From Candidatus Heimdallarchaeum aukensis (GTDB lineage Archaea > Asgardarchaeota > Heimdallarchaeia > Heimdallarchaeales > Heimdallarchaeaceae), in NCBI GenBank assembly GCA_021513695.1, contig CP084166.1:1664001-1728000 (forward strand): a DNA stretch of 64,000 bases, given 5' to 3'. Positions within the stretch are counted from its first letter, which is position 1. Every line of letters begins with the position of its first letter. The notes below the pieces were generated by a model. The model made no database searches, had not been told where the DNA came from, and saw only the letters and a list, made by a program, of their open reading frames with translations. The position numbers and the translations under genes are program-made. Positions 27,481-37,093 of this stretch are shown here, piece after piece.

Positions 27481-27538
27481 AAGGCAAAATAGAATAAAAG
27501 TTTTAACTATAAAAAATATTCTCAAGAAGAGAATGGAG

Positions 27539-28222
27539 CTATTCTTTCTTATCTTTTATATCTTTGGTAAACAGCATTTTTCCTAGAATTCCTCCTATTC
27601 CTCCTCCGATAAGACCGATAATTCCTACAAAAATAAATGAACCTATAACTAGGGTAAAAAAAAACATAACAAAAAATAATAGAAAACCTGATATTCCAGC
27701 AATATTCCAATCAAAGGATACAGCCATTATTGAAAAAACAATATCTAGAAAAATAAATGATAAAGTTGCAGAAGTAGAACCAGCTCGTAATCCTCCTCTT
27801 GATACTAGACCTCCAGCGAAGGAGCCAACTAACCATATTCCAAGGATAAGAAAATATAACCCTGCGTTTCCAAATTTATTACCAATAGCAAACGATTGAT
27901 CTATGTTCAATTCAGAAAACATTGGTAAAAAGCCGATAGGTAAATTAAACTTAAACGGAATAAAGAGGTTCACAATTAACAACATTAACAAAATTGTAAA
28001 AAAATGTCCTCCAAAACCATATCTGTCAACTAGATAATCATGAGCTTCAATTAATGGAACAATATCAATTGTAGGCCATAAAATGAACATAATTAATACT
28101 ACTACAAGTGTGCAAGTCACAAAACCAATAAAAGATCTTACTATTCTTCGTCCAAACATCTTGTAAATATTGTCTCTTCTGTTATTTATTTCTTTGCAAA
28201 AAAACGAGAAATTATCTCCCAA
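27539..28222 (-). CDS. hypothetical glycine-rich polytopic membrane protein
   Basis: 227 aa with about 6 TM helices and GxxxG-rich stretches (IGLIGGGIGGILG). No catalytic motifs. Confidence 0.4.
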   Translation of the reverse strand: MGDNFSFFCKEINNRRDNIYKMFGRRIVRSFIGFVTCTLVVVLIMFILWPTIDIVPLIEAHDYLVDRYGFGGHFFTILLMLLIVNLFIPFKFNLPIGFLPMFSELNIDQSFAIGNKFGNAGLYFLILGIWLVGSFAGGLVSRGGLRAGSTSATLSFIFLDIVFSIMAVSFDWNIAGISGFLLFFVMFFFTLVIGSFIFVGIIGLIGGGIGGILGKMLFTKDIKDKKE

Positions 28223-28254
28223 AAATTTTTATCAGTATTAACTTTCTTTTAAGT

Positions 28255-29082
28255 ATGGTTTTAATTGGACAAACATTACAAGCCTATAAAGGTCTAAGTA
28301 CAGAACAACTCTTACTTTTTGTAAAGGCATTAGGTTTTGAATCTTGTGAAATAAATCCAGCAGGAACTTCTTTAAATAATGTAGAAAAAATAATCTCTAA
28401 AGTCGGAAAAATGAAGTTGACCTTTCATCTTCCTATACAAGGAATTGAAGGATATGATTTTTCGCAAGAAGATAAAGCTGACCAAATCAATAATGTTATT
28501 TCCCTCATAAATAACTATGGAGAAAAACTTAACCTTCTTCTAGCTGTTGTTCACCCCCCTGAAGGGAACGGTAATATTGAAGTTTTAGTGAAAAATCTAA
28601 AAAAATTAAATATTCCAATTGTTTTAGAAAATGTTGTATGGTACTCAAATGAGGAGTTTAAAGAAATTTATGAAAAACTTAAGATTGAACTAGGGGATCA
28701 ATTGAAAGGCTGGTTATTTGATGTTGCTCATTCTTATTTGAGAAATGGGAGAAAACATTATTTAGATATTCTAGATTTACTTCCTTTTTCAGAATTAGAA
28801 GAGATACATCTATCAGACTGTTTAGAAGGAGAAGATTCTCACTATGCTTTCGGAGCAGGAATTCTCCCCATTGACGAGATATTAAGAGAAATTAAAGAAA
28901 GAGGGTATAATAAAATTATAGTAAATGAAATTGATGCACACCCTACAATTTGGGACGTAATTGATTCCTACAGAAAAGTGGCTAGAACATTTAAGAAAAA
29001 ATTATATCGAAAGGTCACATTTAGACTAGCGATAACTAAGCCAATAATACAAGCAAAACTAAAGAAAAATAAGATAATTTAA
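28255..29082 (+). CDS. xylose-isomerase-like TIM-barrel protein (sugar phosphate isomerase/epimerase or AP-endonuclease-2 family)
   Basis: LVLENVV, WLFDVAHSY and EIHLSDC are blocks typical of metal-binding strands in the xylose-isomerase-like TIM barrel. Confidence 0.4.
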   Translation: MVLIGQTLQAYKGLSTEQLLLFVKALGFESCEINPAGTSLNNVEKIISKVGKMKLTFHLPIQGIEGYDFSQEDKADQINNVISLINNYGEKLNLLLAVVHPPEGNGNIEVLVKNLKKLNIPIVLENVVWYSNEEFKEIYEKLKIELGDQLKGWLFDVAHSYLRNGRKHYLDILDLLPFSELEEIHLSDCLEGEDSHYAFGAGILPIDEILREIKERGYNKIIVNEIDAHPTIWDVIDSYRKVARTFKKKLYRKVTFRLAITKPIIQAKLKKNKII

Positions 29083-29096
29083 TTTTTATTTTTTTA

Positions 29097-29354
29097 TTAG
29101 TGTTCAGTTGTTTTTTGAATTATTTTTAGAGAAACATCTATAAGCTTAAGATAAGAGTTCATTGCAGCACGAGCTGAAACACTGTCTTTTGCTTTAATTA
29201 ATAGAAAAAGATCTTTTTTATCTCTATTAATAGAAGCAACAGCCCTATCAGTGACTAGATTTTTTGTTTCAATTTCTAAACTTGACGCAATAATTTTACA
29301 CATATTTTCATCTTCAAAAGATATTTTTGAAGTAAACTCTATCTCATTAATCAT
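29097..29354 (-). CDS. pcc1: KEOPS complex subunit Pcc1
   Basis: 85 aa. AKDSVSARAAMNSYLKLIDVSLKI matches the Pcc1 signature (A.D..alRA.lNsylr.i). It sits at the distal end of the exosome superoperon, where Pcc1 is typically found. Confidence 0.5.
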   Translation of the reverse strand: MINEIEFTSKISFEDENMCKIIASSLEIETKNLVTDRAVASINRDKKDLFLLIKAKDSVSARAAMNSYLKLIDVSLKIIQKTTEH

Positions 29355-29365
29355 TTTAGAACCAC

Positions 29366-29944
29366 TTAATTTGCTGTCTCAATCTTTCGTGAAACTATCT
29401 TTATTTTCATTCTGGGTCCAACGGAGTTATTTTCTGAATCTAAAAATTCTATAAAAATTATCCGTTCATCTTTATCTATATAATCAGCATACATTGTTAA
29501 ATAACTATTTCTTTCAAGGTCATCAATATTCTGTTCTGTAATATTAAATATCGTTCTCAATATTCTCTCTTCACTTATATCTATATTGGAGATCAAGATA
29601 AGATTGCTAGGTTGTCTAATTTTTTTTGCATGATAATCACGAGACAAAGTTAGCCCTCTAAGTTTAATTGCAAATGGAAGCTCCTCATGTTCAGAGCTTG
29701 ATAAGTTGAAAACTCTCCAGAAATTTGGATTACCTTTAACTGAATTTATGACAACTGCAACTTCAAATCCTTCAGAATGTAATTTTGTTAAAGTAAAACT
29801 TAAGTTCTGCGTGCCTCTTGTAAATTTTTTAGAGCTTGGGATAACGCTTACAATGTCTTTAAGAAATGTTCTTGTTTTATTTGACGGATCACGTGATGTT
29901 GTAAAAGCTACTTTAGTCATACCTTTGTTAAATAACCTATACAT
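29366..29944 (-). CDS. Brix-domain ribosome biogenesis protein (Imp4/Brix family)
   Basis: N-terminus VAFTTSRDPSNKTRTFLKDI is typical of the archaeal Brix domain (ittSrkps...). Its size and superoperon position after L37Ae fit. Confidence 0.6.
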   Translation of the reverse strand: MYRLFNKGMTKVAFTTSRDPSNKTRTFLKDIVSVIPSSKKFTRGTQNLSFTLTKLHSEGFEVAVVINSVKGNPNFWRVFNLSSSEHEELPFAIKLRGLTLSRDYHAKKIRQPSNLILISNIDISEERILRTIFNITEQNIDDLERNSYLTMYADYIDKDERIIFIEFLDSENNSVGPRMKIKIVSRKIETAN

Positions 29945-29997
29945 AAAAAGATAATGATTTTAGGTAAAAATTGGAAAGTATAAAATAATGAAAAAAT

Positions 29998-30270
29998 TTA
30001 CTCTGAACTTTCTGCGATTCTTGTAATTCTTCTTAAAATACTTCTTCCTGCACTTGTTTGTGGTTCCCAAGCTCCGCCAGCTCTTTTTTCTCCACAAGAG
30101 GTACATACCCAAATTCCTAAACCATCACGCTTAAATGTGCGTTTTAAACACCTAGGGCATTTATATTTTGCTTTACTTCTATTTTCTACTTCTCTTACAC
30201 GTTTTCGAATGGTACTTCCATAACGTGTTCCGAATCGTCCAGTTGAACCAACTTTTTTTGTACGAGCCAT
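29998..30270 (-). CDS. rpl37ae: 50S ribosomal protein L37Ae
   Basis: MARTKKVGSTGRFGTRYGSTIRKRV plus the C4 zinc ribbon CPRC...CTSC. Confidence 0.85.
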   Translation of the reverse strand: MARTKKVGSTGRFGTRYGSTIRKRVREVENRSKAKYKCPRCLKRTFKRDGLGIWVCTSCGEKRAGGAWEPQTSAGRSILRRITRIAESSE

Positions 30271-30362
30271 AGTAATCACGAAAGTTTTTCTTCTATATCC
30301 TTACTATCAAAAAAAAAAGTGTATTTTTTAACGTTTCGTTATTGAAGATTAAAAAAAGGGAT

Positions 30363-31196
30363 TTAATTTCCCTTCTTCTTAAATTCCTCTATTGCTTTTA
30401 ACAATTCTGCTCGATAGCTCTTTGAAACTTCAAGACATTCTTTAGCTATAGGAACAAGTTCATCAGGTTTTAAGACCCCTATTCCTCCTTTTTGAGCAGA
30501 AACAATGTGTTCTTCTTCATCAAATCCAAAAGTAATTCTGCAATCTGCAATTCTTTCTTCTTTTAATATTGGATCTATGATTCTATGTTTTCCTATTTTA
30601 TAGCTAGTTACAGTTACAGGATAATGATCTAATTCAAGGACCTCTTTTTCGTCAAGGACTTCAGGTTCTCCTTCTTCATTTATTTTTACTTTAGGAATCT
30701 TTGTTGTAGATAATGCAGCTAAGGAAGCCAAGGTTGCAGCATCAATCAGATTCCCGTCAGCATTCAAAACATACATATCAATGAAGAGTATCCAAACATA
30801 TTTTCCTGGTACAATACATAGCTTTGAGAGATCAATACAATGTGATTCTCTAATTGCTCTATCTGTAACTCGTGCTAATTCTATTGCATCGTCTCCTGGA
30901 GGACCAGATTCATAATATGGTGATGCAATAGGTGAAAGTTCTGCACTTGTTGTAATCACTCCAGAGTCTGGAGTATCTGGAAAAGGAGAACCTAGTGTTG
31001 CTTTTACACCAGCAATAATCTTTGTTTCACCTAGAGTTACTATAGCTGAACCTTCTGCTTTTGTTTCAACAAAATTCAACTCAAATTTAATTGGTCTATG
31101 TTCCTGTTTTTCTCTTCCTCCAATTCTCTTTCCTTGATCTAATAACGTTAAAATGTAATCTTTTTCTATTTCTGAAACAACATAATCATCTGACAT
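30363..31196 (-). CDS. rrp42: exosome complex component Rrp42 (RNase PH-like, inactive subunit)
   Basis: RNase PH-like fold (GRIGGREKQEHRPIKFE..., GSAIVTLGETKIIAGVKA). Located directly downstream of Rrp41. Confidence 0.8.
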   Translation of the reverse strand: MSDDYVVSEIEKDYILTLLDQGKRIGGREKQEHRPIKFELNFVETKAEGSAIVTLGETKIIAGVKATLGSPFPDTPDSGVITTSAELSPIASPYYESGPPGDDAIELARVTDRAIRESHCIDLSKLCIVPGKYVWILFIDMYVLNADGNLIDAATLASLAALSTTKIPKVKINEEGEPEVLDEKEVLELDHYPVTVTSYKIGKHRIIDPILKEERIADCRITFGFDEEEHIVSAQKGGIGVLKPDELVPIAKECLEVSKSYRAELLKAIEEFKKKGN

Positions 31197-31198
31197 TT

Positions 31199-32380
31199 TT
31201 ATTCCTCCAAGTCATTTATTTCTTCATGCTCTGTTTCATCGTCCTCTGATTCAGTGGTATTAGTAGTTGTAGTATCATCATTTTCTTCAGGTTTTTCAGT
31301 TCCTAGACTGTTTAGTTCCTTTTCTAATTCTTTTTCATCTTCATCTAGCTCTTCATTCAGTTCTTCGGCTATGTCACTAACTAAATCTTGATGCTCATCA
31401 GTTTCAACTTCAGAGACTTCTTCAACTTCAGAGACTTCTTCAACTTCAGAGACTTCTTCAACTTCAGAGACTTCCTCAATTTCTATGGTTGTTTTTTCAC
31501 CAGTCTTCTTTTCTTCAGTTTCTTCAGACGCAACAGCTTCATCAATAGCTGTTTCATCAACTGAAGCTTCGCTTTCAGCTAAAGATTGGCTTACAATTTC
31601 CATGGTATCCTCTTCTTCTGCTTCTTCCTCTTCTGGTTCTCCAGCAAATTCTGCTCTAATTTGAGCATATTTTTCTCTTAAAGCTTCCTTCTGAATTTCA
31701 TATATTTGCTTAGCACCTTCAATTGCTAGTTTTACTGCTTCTTCAAATTGCTCAATTGTAAAAACTCCATCTAATTGCAAGAGAGAGATTTCGTCCAATG
31801 TTGCAGAATATCCAATTGGGATATCGCCAGAGCCTTTTTGATCTTCAATATCATGAAGATCCAATACTACTGTGTCATTTACCAACCCAGCTGCGACCCC
31901 TGAAATTATTCCTCGCATGGGGATACCAGCATCAGCCAAAGCTGTGCATGCGGCAGTTAAGCTTGCACACCTTGTTCCACCATCTGCTTGTAAAACTTGA
32001 ATATAAATATCAATTGTCGTTCTTGGAAAATCCTTGGTAAGGATCACAGAATTTAAAGCATCTGATATGACTTTTGATATTTCTCTTTCCCTTCTTGAGG
32101 GAGCAGGGCTTTTTCTTTCAGCTACAGAAAAAGTCGACATTCTATAATAACACTGAACCAATGCTCTATCGGGTAAAGCTAAATGTTTTGGATGAAGTTC
32201 TCTTGGTCCATAAACTGCAGCTAGAATTTTATTATTTCCCATATATATGAGAGCACTACCATCAGCATTATTTAAAACACCTACTTCTATTTTCGTAGGA
32301 CGAAGTTCATTAAATTTTCTTCCATCAGTTCTTTTTCCTGTTTTTTCATCAATTAATTTTACTGAACCATCACCGGCCAT
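31199..32380 (-). CDS. rrp41: exosome complex exonuclease Rrp41 (RNase PH) with an acidic C-terminal extension of about 145 aa containing tandem EVSEVE repeats
   Basis: Residues 1 to about 245 carry the RNase PH catalytic core (GRKFNELRP, TGKRTDGR, LQADGGTR). Residues 250-393 are about 45% Asp/Glu, with 4x EEVSEV encoded by 18-bp DNA repeats. Confidence 0.85.
   Translation of the reverse strand: MAGDGSVKLIDEKTGKRTDGRKFNELRPTKIEVGVLNNADGSALIYMGNNKILAAVYGPRELHPKHLALPDRALVQCYYRMSTFSVAERKSPAPSRREREISKVISDALNSVILTKDFPRTTIDIYIQVLQADGGTRCASLTAACTALADAGIPMRGIISGVAAGLVNDTVVLDLHDIEDQKGSGDIPIGYSATLDEISLLQLDGVFTIEQFEEAVKLAIEGAKQIYEIQKEALREKYAQIRAEFAGEPEEEEAEEEDTMEIVSQSLAESEASVDETAIDEAVASEETEEKKTGEKTTIEIEEVSEVEEVSEVEEVSEVEEVSEVETDEHQDLVSDIAEELNEELDEDEKELEKELNSLGTEKPEENDDTTTTNTTESEDDETEHEEINDLEE
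31402..31478. repeat. 4 copies of an 18-bp tandem repeat (CAACTTCAGAGACTTCTT) inside the rrp41 3' region
   Basis: Direct reading of sequence. Encodes (EVSEVE)n in the Rrp41 tail on the minus strand. Confidence 0.8.
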
Positions 32381-32384
32381 ATAA

Positions 32385-33071
32385 TCACCTTTTTGAGTTT
32401 AAAAATTCATTAATTCTATTCGTTAGATTTTGTGTATGAGCTTCTCGCTCAATTTTCTTAATTGCTTCAATAGCACGTAATTCGTCTTGAATTTTTTTTC
32501 CTTGAACCCATATTCTTCCGTTTTGCCCTGTTATAATTTGGCATCTTGTTAATCTTTTTATCATATTTATCATACTACCTTTCTTTCCTATCACTCTTGG
32601 AATATGAGCAGCTTCAATTTCTATTACTCTCCCTCCTTTTAATTTTCCAAGTCCACGCTCTTTGGTTGAAAGGTTAGGATCTTTTGTTCTATCAAAAGCA
32701 ATTATTTTTGCTAAAACGATATCTCCAACATCGAAAATTTTTCTTGCGTCAGCCATTATTGGGTCAAAACGTTTTGTTACAGCATTCATACTTGTGAGAA
32801 CACCAACATATGGAGAACCAATGTCTAGTATCCAGTTTGTTAATCCAACATCTATAACTAATCCAATTACTAGATCTCCTGCTCTTGGCAGATATTTACC
32901 TTTTAATGATTTTACAGAGATATAATCTCCTCGATCTCTAAATAATCCAACAACAGTAGCATAGTAATTGTTGTCTTGTCTTACGACTCCACTACCATAC
33001 TTAAAATGACCGGTCGCAAGTTTATCTCCCGGTACAACTATGGCATGATTTTCAAAAAATATTTCATTCAT
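32385..33071 (-). CDS. rrp4: exosome complex RNA-binding subunit Rrp4 (S1 + KH)
   Basis: N-terminal domain VVPGDKL. S1-like domain with GDLVIGLV. KH motif IPRVIGKKGSMINMIKRLTRCQIITGQNGRIWV. Sits upstream of rrp41 in the canonical order. Confidence 0.75.
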   Translation of the reverse strand: MNEIFFENHAIVVPGDKLATGHFKYGSGVVRQDNNYYATVVGLFRDRGDYISVKSLKGKYLPRAGDLVIGLVIDVGLTNWILDIGSPYVGVLTSMNAVTKRFDPIMADARKIFDVGDIVLAKIIAFDRTKDPNLSTKERGLGKLKGGRVIEIEAAHIPRVIGKKGSMINMIKRLTRCQIITGQNGRIWVQGKKIQDELRAIEAIKKIEREAHTQNLTNRINEFLNSKR

Positions 33072-33117
33072 ATTTTTTCACAACTCCTAATAATAATTGT
33101 TTCTTTACACCATTTCT

Positions 33118-33870
33118 TTATTCGGATAATCGCTCTAACACTTTTACTTGCGATTTTCCTTTTGACTTTGTCATTATTTCATCTAAGAAGTCTGCTTGTA
33201 ATCCAGCGGGTATTTGAATAACAGCAACTAGTGAACCGTCATCAAGCCATTCTTCCTGTAACAATTCTCCTTTACCGTGCAAAACTCCATAAATTGGTCC
33301 GGTATAGCTAGGAGGTATTTTTACAGCTAATTTTACAGTTTCTAGCCTAATTGGCATGACGGGTTTTAATAGTTTAATAATTTCATGAGCTTGATCTTTA
33401 ACTGGTTCATTAAACTTTATATTCACTCCAAGATCCAAAATGGCTTTTTCTAATCGATCCTTTGGAATTGGGGTATTTGTACGAGGATTTATACAATGTA
33501 GATGAATATAATCAACAATTTCTGCTCTCTTTTCTTTTTGGATTTCTTGTCTTTGCTCTTGTGTGAGCTGTAAATTTCCTTCTTTAAGTATTTTTACTGC
33601 TATTTCCCGTTCTGTTAGATCTCCAAAAACAGCTATAATGTCATCTTCACTTGCTTTTTCTCCTCTTGAAAGATTTTCATAGACGGTATATGACTCAAAA
33701 ATATCATCAACAGGAACATCTTCTCCTTGCCTAAACAACCAAGCAGGTTCAGGATTAACCAATAATTCAAACCTTCTACCATGTGTTTGCAATCGAACTA
33801 TCGATTTTCCTCTCAAATCAATACGTCTATCAATAGTGCTGCCAGTATATCCATGACCCATTTTTTTCAC
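33118..33870 (-). CDS. SBDS-family ribosome maturation protein
   Basis: RLQTHGRRFELLVNP...AWLFRQGED...ENLSRGEKASEDDI...ILKEGNLQLTQEQR matches the SBDS N-terminal FYSH domain. It is upstream of rrp4 as in the archaeal exosome superoperon. Confidence 0.7.
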   Translation of the reverse strand: MKKMGHGYTGSTIDRRIDLRGKSIVRLQTHGRRFELLVNPEPAWLFRQGEDVPVDDIFESYTVYENLSRGEKASEDDIIAVFGDLTEREIAVKILKEGNLQLTQEQRQEIQKEKRAEIVDYIHLHCINPRTNTPIPKDRLEKAILDLGVNIKFNEPVKDQAHEIIKLLKPVMPIRLETVKLAVKIPPSYTGPIYGVLHGKGELLQEEWLDDGSLVAVIQIPAGLQADFLDEIMTKSKGKSQVKVLERLSE

Positions 33871-34023
33871 ACTCTAAAATGTCAAAGTTGAAATTTTCCT
33901 TTTTAATAAGATATTCAACACCTAATTTATAAGGCTTATTAAGATTGAGAATAAACAAATATTATATCAATACTTAAAAAAAGTAGAGGAACAGACACAT
34001 AAATAAGAAAGTAGTTGAAATAT

Positions 34024-34863
34024 ATGCCTGAGGGTCCCGAAGTAGAATGTGTAAAAAATGCATTACAAAAACTTGTAGGTGAAAAAATCAAAAAAATAGG
34101 ATTAACAGAGCAATCACAAAAATATAAGAAATATCAAGGAAAAAGTAAACAATTTGAATATTTTATTGGAAAAACTATCAGAAAAATCACTAGATATGGA
34201 AAATATCTTGTTTGGGAATTCGACTCCAAAAAAGTGATCCTTAATCATCTAGGGATGACAGGAATGTGGTATTTAAGTAATAATGGAGAGGATATAAAAA
34301 GTGCAACTCATCCTAAACTATTTATAGAAACAGTATCTGGAATCAATGCTGTTTTTAGTGATATTAGAAATTTTGGTCAATTAAGAATTTTTAACAATCT
34401 TTCGGAAATAAAGAAATATTCTCCCATAAAGGATCTTGGGATAGATGGATTAACTCTGCCCTTTCCAACTGAACTTTTTATTAAAAAATTAGATGAGAAA
34501 AAGTATGTGAATAAACAGATTGCTAACATTCTACTTGATCAGAAATTAGTTGCAGGAATAGGTAATATCTATAAATCTGAATCCTTACATCTAGCAAAAA
34601 TAGATCCCCGTAAAATTGTAAAGAATCTTTCATTAGAAGAGAAAAAAAGATTAGCTAGTGCTATTTCACAAATACTTCAAAAGGCAGTAAAAAGTGGTGG
34701 AAGCTCAATAAGTACTTATAGATTGCCATCAGGAGAAGAAGGTAGTGGACAACAATGGCATCAGGTATATCGAAAGCAATATTGCGCAAACTGTAACTCA
34801 AAAATCGAAAAAATAATTCAAAACAAAAGAACAACATACTTTTGTCCAAAATGTCAAAAGTAA
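34024..34863 (+). CDS. Fpg/Nei-family DNA glycosylase (formamidopyrimidine-DNA glycosylase / endonuclease VIII)
   Basis: N-terminal MPEGPEVE (catalytic Pro2, Glu3), internal H2TH region, C-terminal zinc finger CANCNSKIEKIIQNKRTTYFCPKCQ. Confidence 0.75.
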   Translation: MPEGPEVECVKNALQKLVGEKIKKIGLTEQSQKYKKYQGKSKQFEYFIGKTIRKITRYGKYLVWEFDSKKVILNHLGMTGMWYLSNNGEDIKSATHPKLFIETVSGINAVFSDIRNFGQLRIFNNLSEIKKYSPIKDLGIDGLTLPFPTELFIKKLDEKKYVNKQIANILLDQKLVAGIGNIYKSESLHLAKIDPRKIVKNLSLEEKKRLASAISQILQKAVKSGGSSISTYRLPSGEEGSGQQWHQVYRKQYCANCNSKIEKIIQNKRTTYFCPKCQK

Positions 34864-34937
34864 TTTAGAAGTCCAAACCTAGACAATCACGAAGTTACTC
34901 CAAAACAGTTAAATCTGTAATAACAAAGTTAGTCTTA

Positions 34938-36908
34938 ATGAGTCTGGAGAATTTAATAGAAATTGTTTCAAAAGAATTATCTGGTGAACGTGCAAAAAGA
35001 TACACAGCAAAAGTTTCTAGCTATCATAGAATACAAGCTAGTTCAGGATTTTTTGATGCAATAGAATTTATAAGAAGTGAACTTGAGAGATTAGGAGATA
35101 AAAATTATAAAATTGAAGAATTTATCGCTGATGGGAAAAAAAATAATTATTCTTGGTATTCACCAATTTCTTGGGAAATTAACGATGGTTTTCTAAGAAT
35201 GATAGAACCTGAAAATCTTTACTTATGTAGGTTTAATGAAACACCAGAAAGCATTGCAACACATTCAAAAGAAACAGATATTAAAGCAGAATTAGTTGAT
35301 ATTGAGGATGCAACCAATAAAGAACTCCTCAAAAAAGAAAATATTGAAGGGAAGATTGTATTAACAAGTGCCTCTGTTAAAAACATAAAAGAAAAAATTT
35401 ACAAATTAGGTGCTCTAGGAGTAATAATTTATCCTTCAGAAAAACGAGCAGTGGGAAAAGAAAATTTAATTCAATATGTTGGATTGTGGCCAAATGAATC
35501 AGATGCGGAAATGACAACATTTGGTTTTTCAATATCTAGAAAACAAGCAATAATGCTGAAGAACTATCTTAAAAAAGAAAAAGTGCTTCTTCATGCAAAA
35601 ATTGATTCTAAGCTTTATGCTGGAAAGCTCCACGTTTTGACAACAAAAATAGATGGAAATAGAGAAAGTGATGAAGAAATCGTTCTAATAGCCCACATTT
35701 GTCATCCCTACCCTTCTGCTAATGATAATGCATCAGGAAGTGGACTGCTATTAGAGATATATAGAACATTAAAAAAACTAATAGAAAAAAAGATTGTTGT
35801 TCCTAAAAGATCAATCAGATTTTTATGGGTACCAGAATTTAATGGAACAATTCCTTGGATAAAAAAACAAATAGAAAAAGGTACGTGGAATCCTGTTTTC
35901 TGCATTAATTTAGATATGGTAGGAGAACATCCAGGAATAATTGGAGAACCATTTACTGTAAGTCAATCAAGTGTTTCCACACCATTTTTTCTTAATGATT
36001 TAATAGCAGAATTAATAGAAAAATGCAAGGATAACCCATTATTAATTGAACAATCAGGTTGGAGCCACCCCTGGAATTGCAGAATGAAACCTTTTGCAGG
36101 AGGTTCTGATCACATCTTATTTACTGATGAACCAGTTAGAATTCCTTCTGTGATGTTTGGGCATGAAGACAGATTTTGGCATACAAACTTAGATACGATA
36201 GAGAAGGTTGATCCAACAGAACTAAAACGAGTTGGTGTCCTGGCAGCTTCTACAGTTTTGTCATCCTTAAATGAAACACAATTCAGTAATGAAATTCTAT
36301 TATCATATCTTACAGGATTTCTTAACAGAAAAAGTCAAGTTATTAAATTTTTACAGACTGAATTAAAAAAATTACAGAAAAGAAGTAACAATAATCTTGA
36401 AATGAAAATATTAGAAAGAGTGGGTGATTCCTTTTTCTTTAATGAGAAAGAAAAGGTAAGAAGTATTAAAACCAATTTTAAAAATTTTAATAAAGAATTG
36501 TTGGATTTTATAGAGTCAGAGCTAAAACACACAAAAAATGAATTAAACAAATTAACATTAAAAAATAAGGTAGACAATAATTTTGAGATTGATGAATTGT
36601 ACTTGAAAAAAGTTGAAAGAAGATGGGAAGGGCCATTTAACATTAGCGAGATTTTTTCTTTGTTAAACGAAGAGAAGAAAGAACAAGATATTCTCACAAA
36701 AGAAGAAAAAACCTTGATTAAGAAGTTTATTCAATCATCTTATTTTGGTGGTTCAGTTCTTGAACTAATAAATTTAATTAATAACGAGAGAACATTACTT
36801 AATATTTTAGTAGAGTATACTTTAACCTTTTACAATATTCCAGAGTTAAATGTAATAGAAAATTTCTTTAAATACCTAAAATCTAAGGAACTTATTAGAT
36901 TAGTATAA
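34938..36908 (+). CDS. M28-like (Zn-aminopeptidase fold) protein with PA-like insert and long C-terminal helical extension
   Basis: IVLIAHICHPYPSANDNASGSGLLLEI and INLDMVGEH resemble M28 metal-binding blocks (H.D..GANDDGSG / D.vG). The first ligand block is atypical (HIC instead of HxD). The C-terminal 200 aa are K/E/N-rich helical. Confidence 0.4.
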   Translation: MSLENLIEIVSKELSGERAKRYTAKVSSYHRIQASSGFFDAIEFIRSELERLGDKNYKIEEFIADGKKNNYSWYSPISWEINDGFLRMIEPENLYLCRFNETPESIATHSKETDIKAELVDIEDATNKELLKKENIEGKIVLTSASVKNIKEKIYKLGALGVIIYPSEKRAVGKENLIQYVGLWPNESDAEMTTFGFSISRKQAIMLKNYLKKEKVLLHAKIDSKLYAGKLHVLTTKIDGNRESDEEIVLIAHICHPYPSANDNASGSGLLLEIYRTLKKLIEKKIVVPKRSIRFLWVPEFNGTIPWIKKQIEKGTWNPVFCINLDMVGEHPGIIGEPFTVSQSSVSTPFFLNDLIAELIEKCKDNPLLIEQSGWSHPWNCRMKPFAGGSDHILFTDEPVRIPSVMFGHEDRFWHTNLDTIEKVDPTELKRVGVLAASTVLSSLNETQFSNEILLSYLTGFLNRKSQVIKFLQTELKKLQKRSNNNLEMKILERVGDSFFFNEKEKVRSIKTNFKNFNKELLDFIESELKHTKNELNKLTLKNKVDNNFEIDELYLKKVERRWEGPFNISEIFSLLNEEKKEQDILTKEEKTLIKKFIQSSYFGGSVLELINLINNERTLLNILVEYTLTFYNIPELNVIENFFKYLKSKELIRLV

Positions 36909-37093
36909 AAACTAAGGAATGATTATATTCCTTAGCATTTTTTGAAACAACAGATTGAGTATAGAAGTAAAAGCATTGGATAGATTATCCACATAAGAGT
37001 TTTAAGATATATTATTTCAGAAACGAAATTATTTTAATATATGAAAGGTATACACCTTTAAGGAATTTAATTATATAGTTGGAGAAAAATAAA

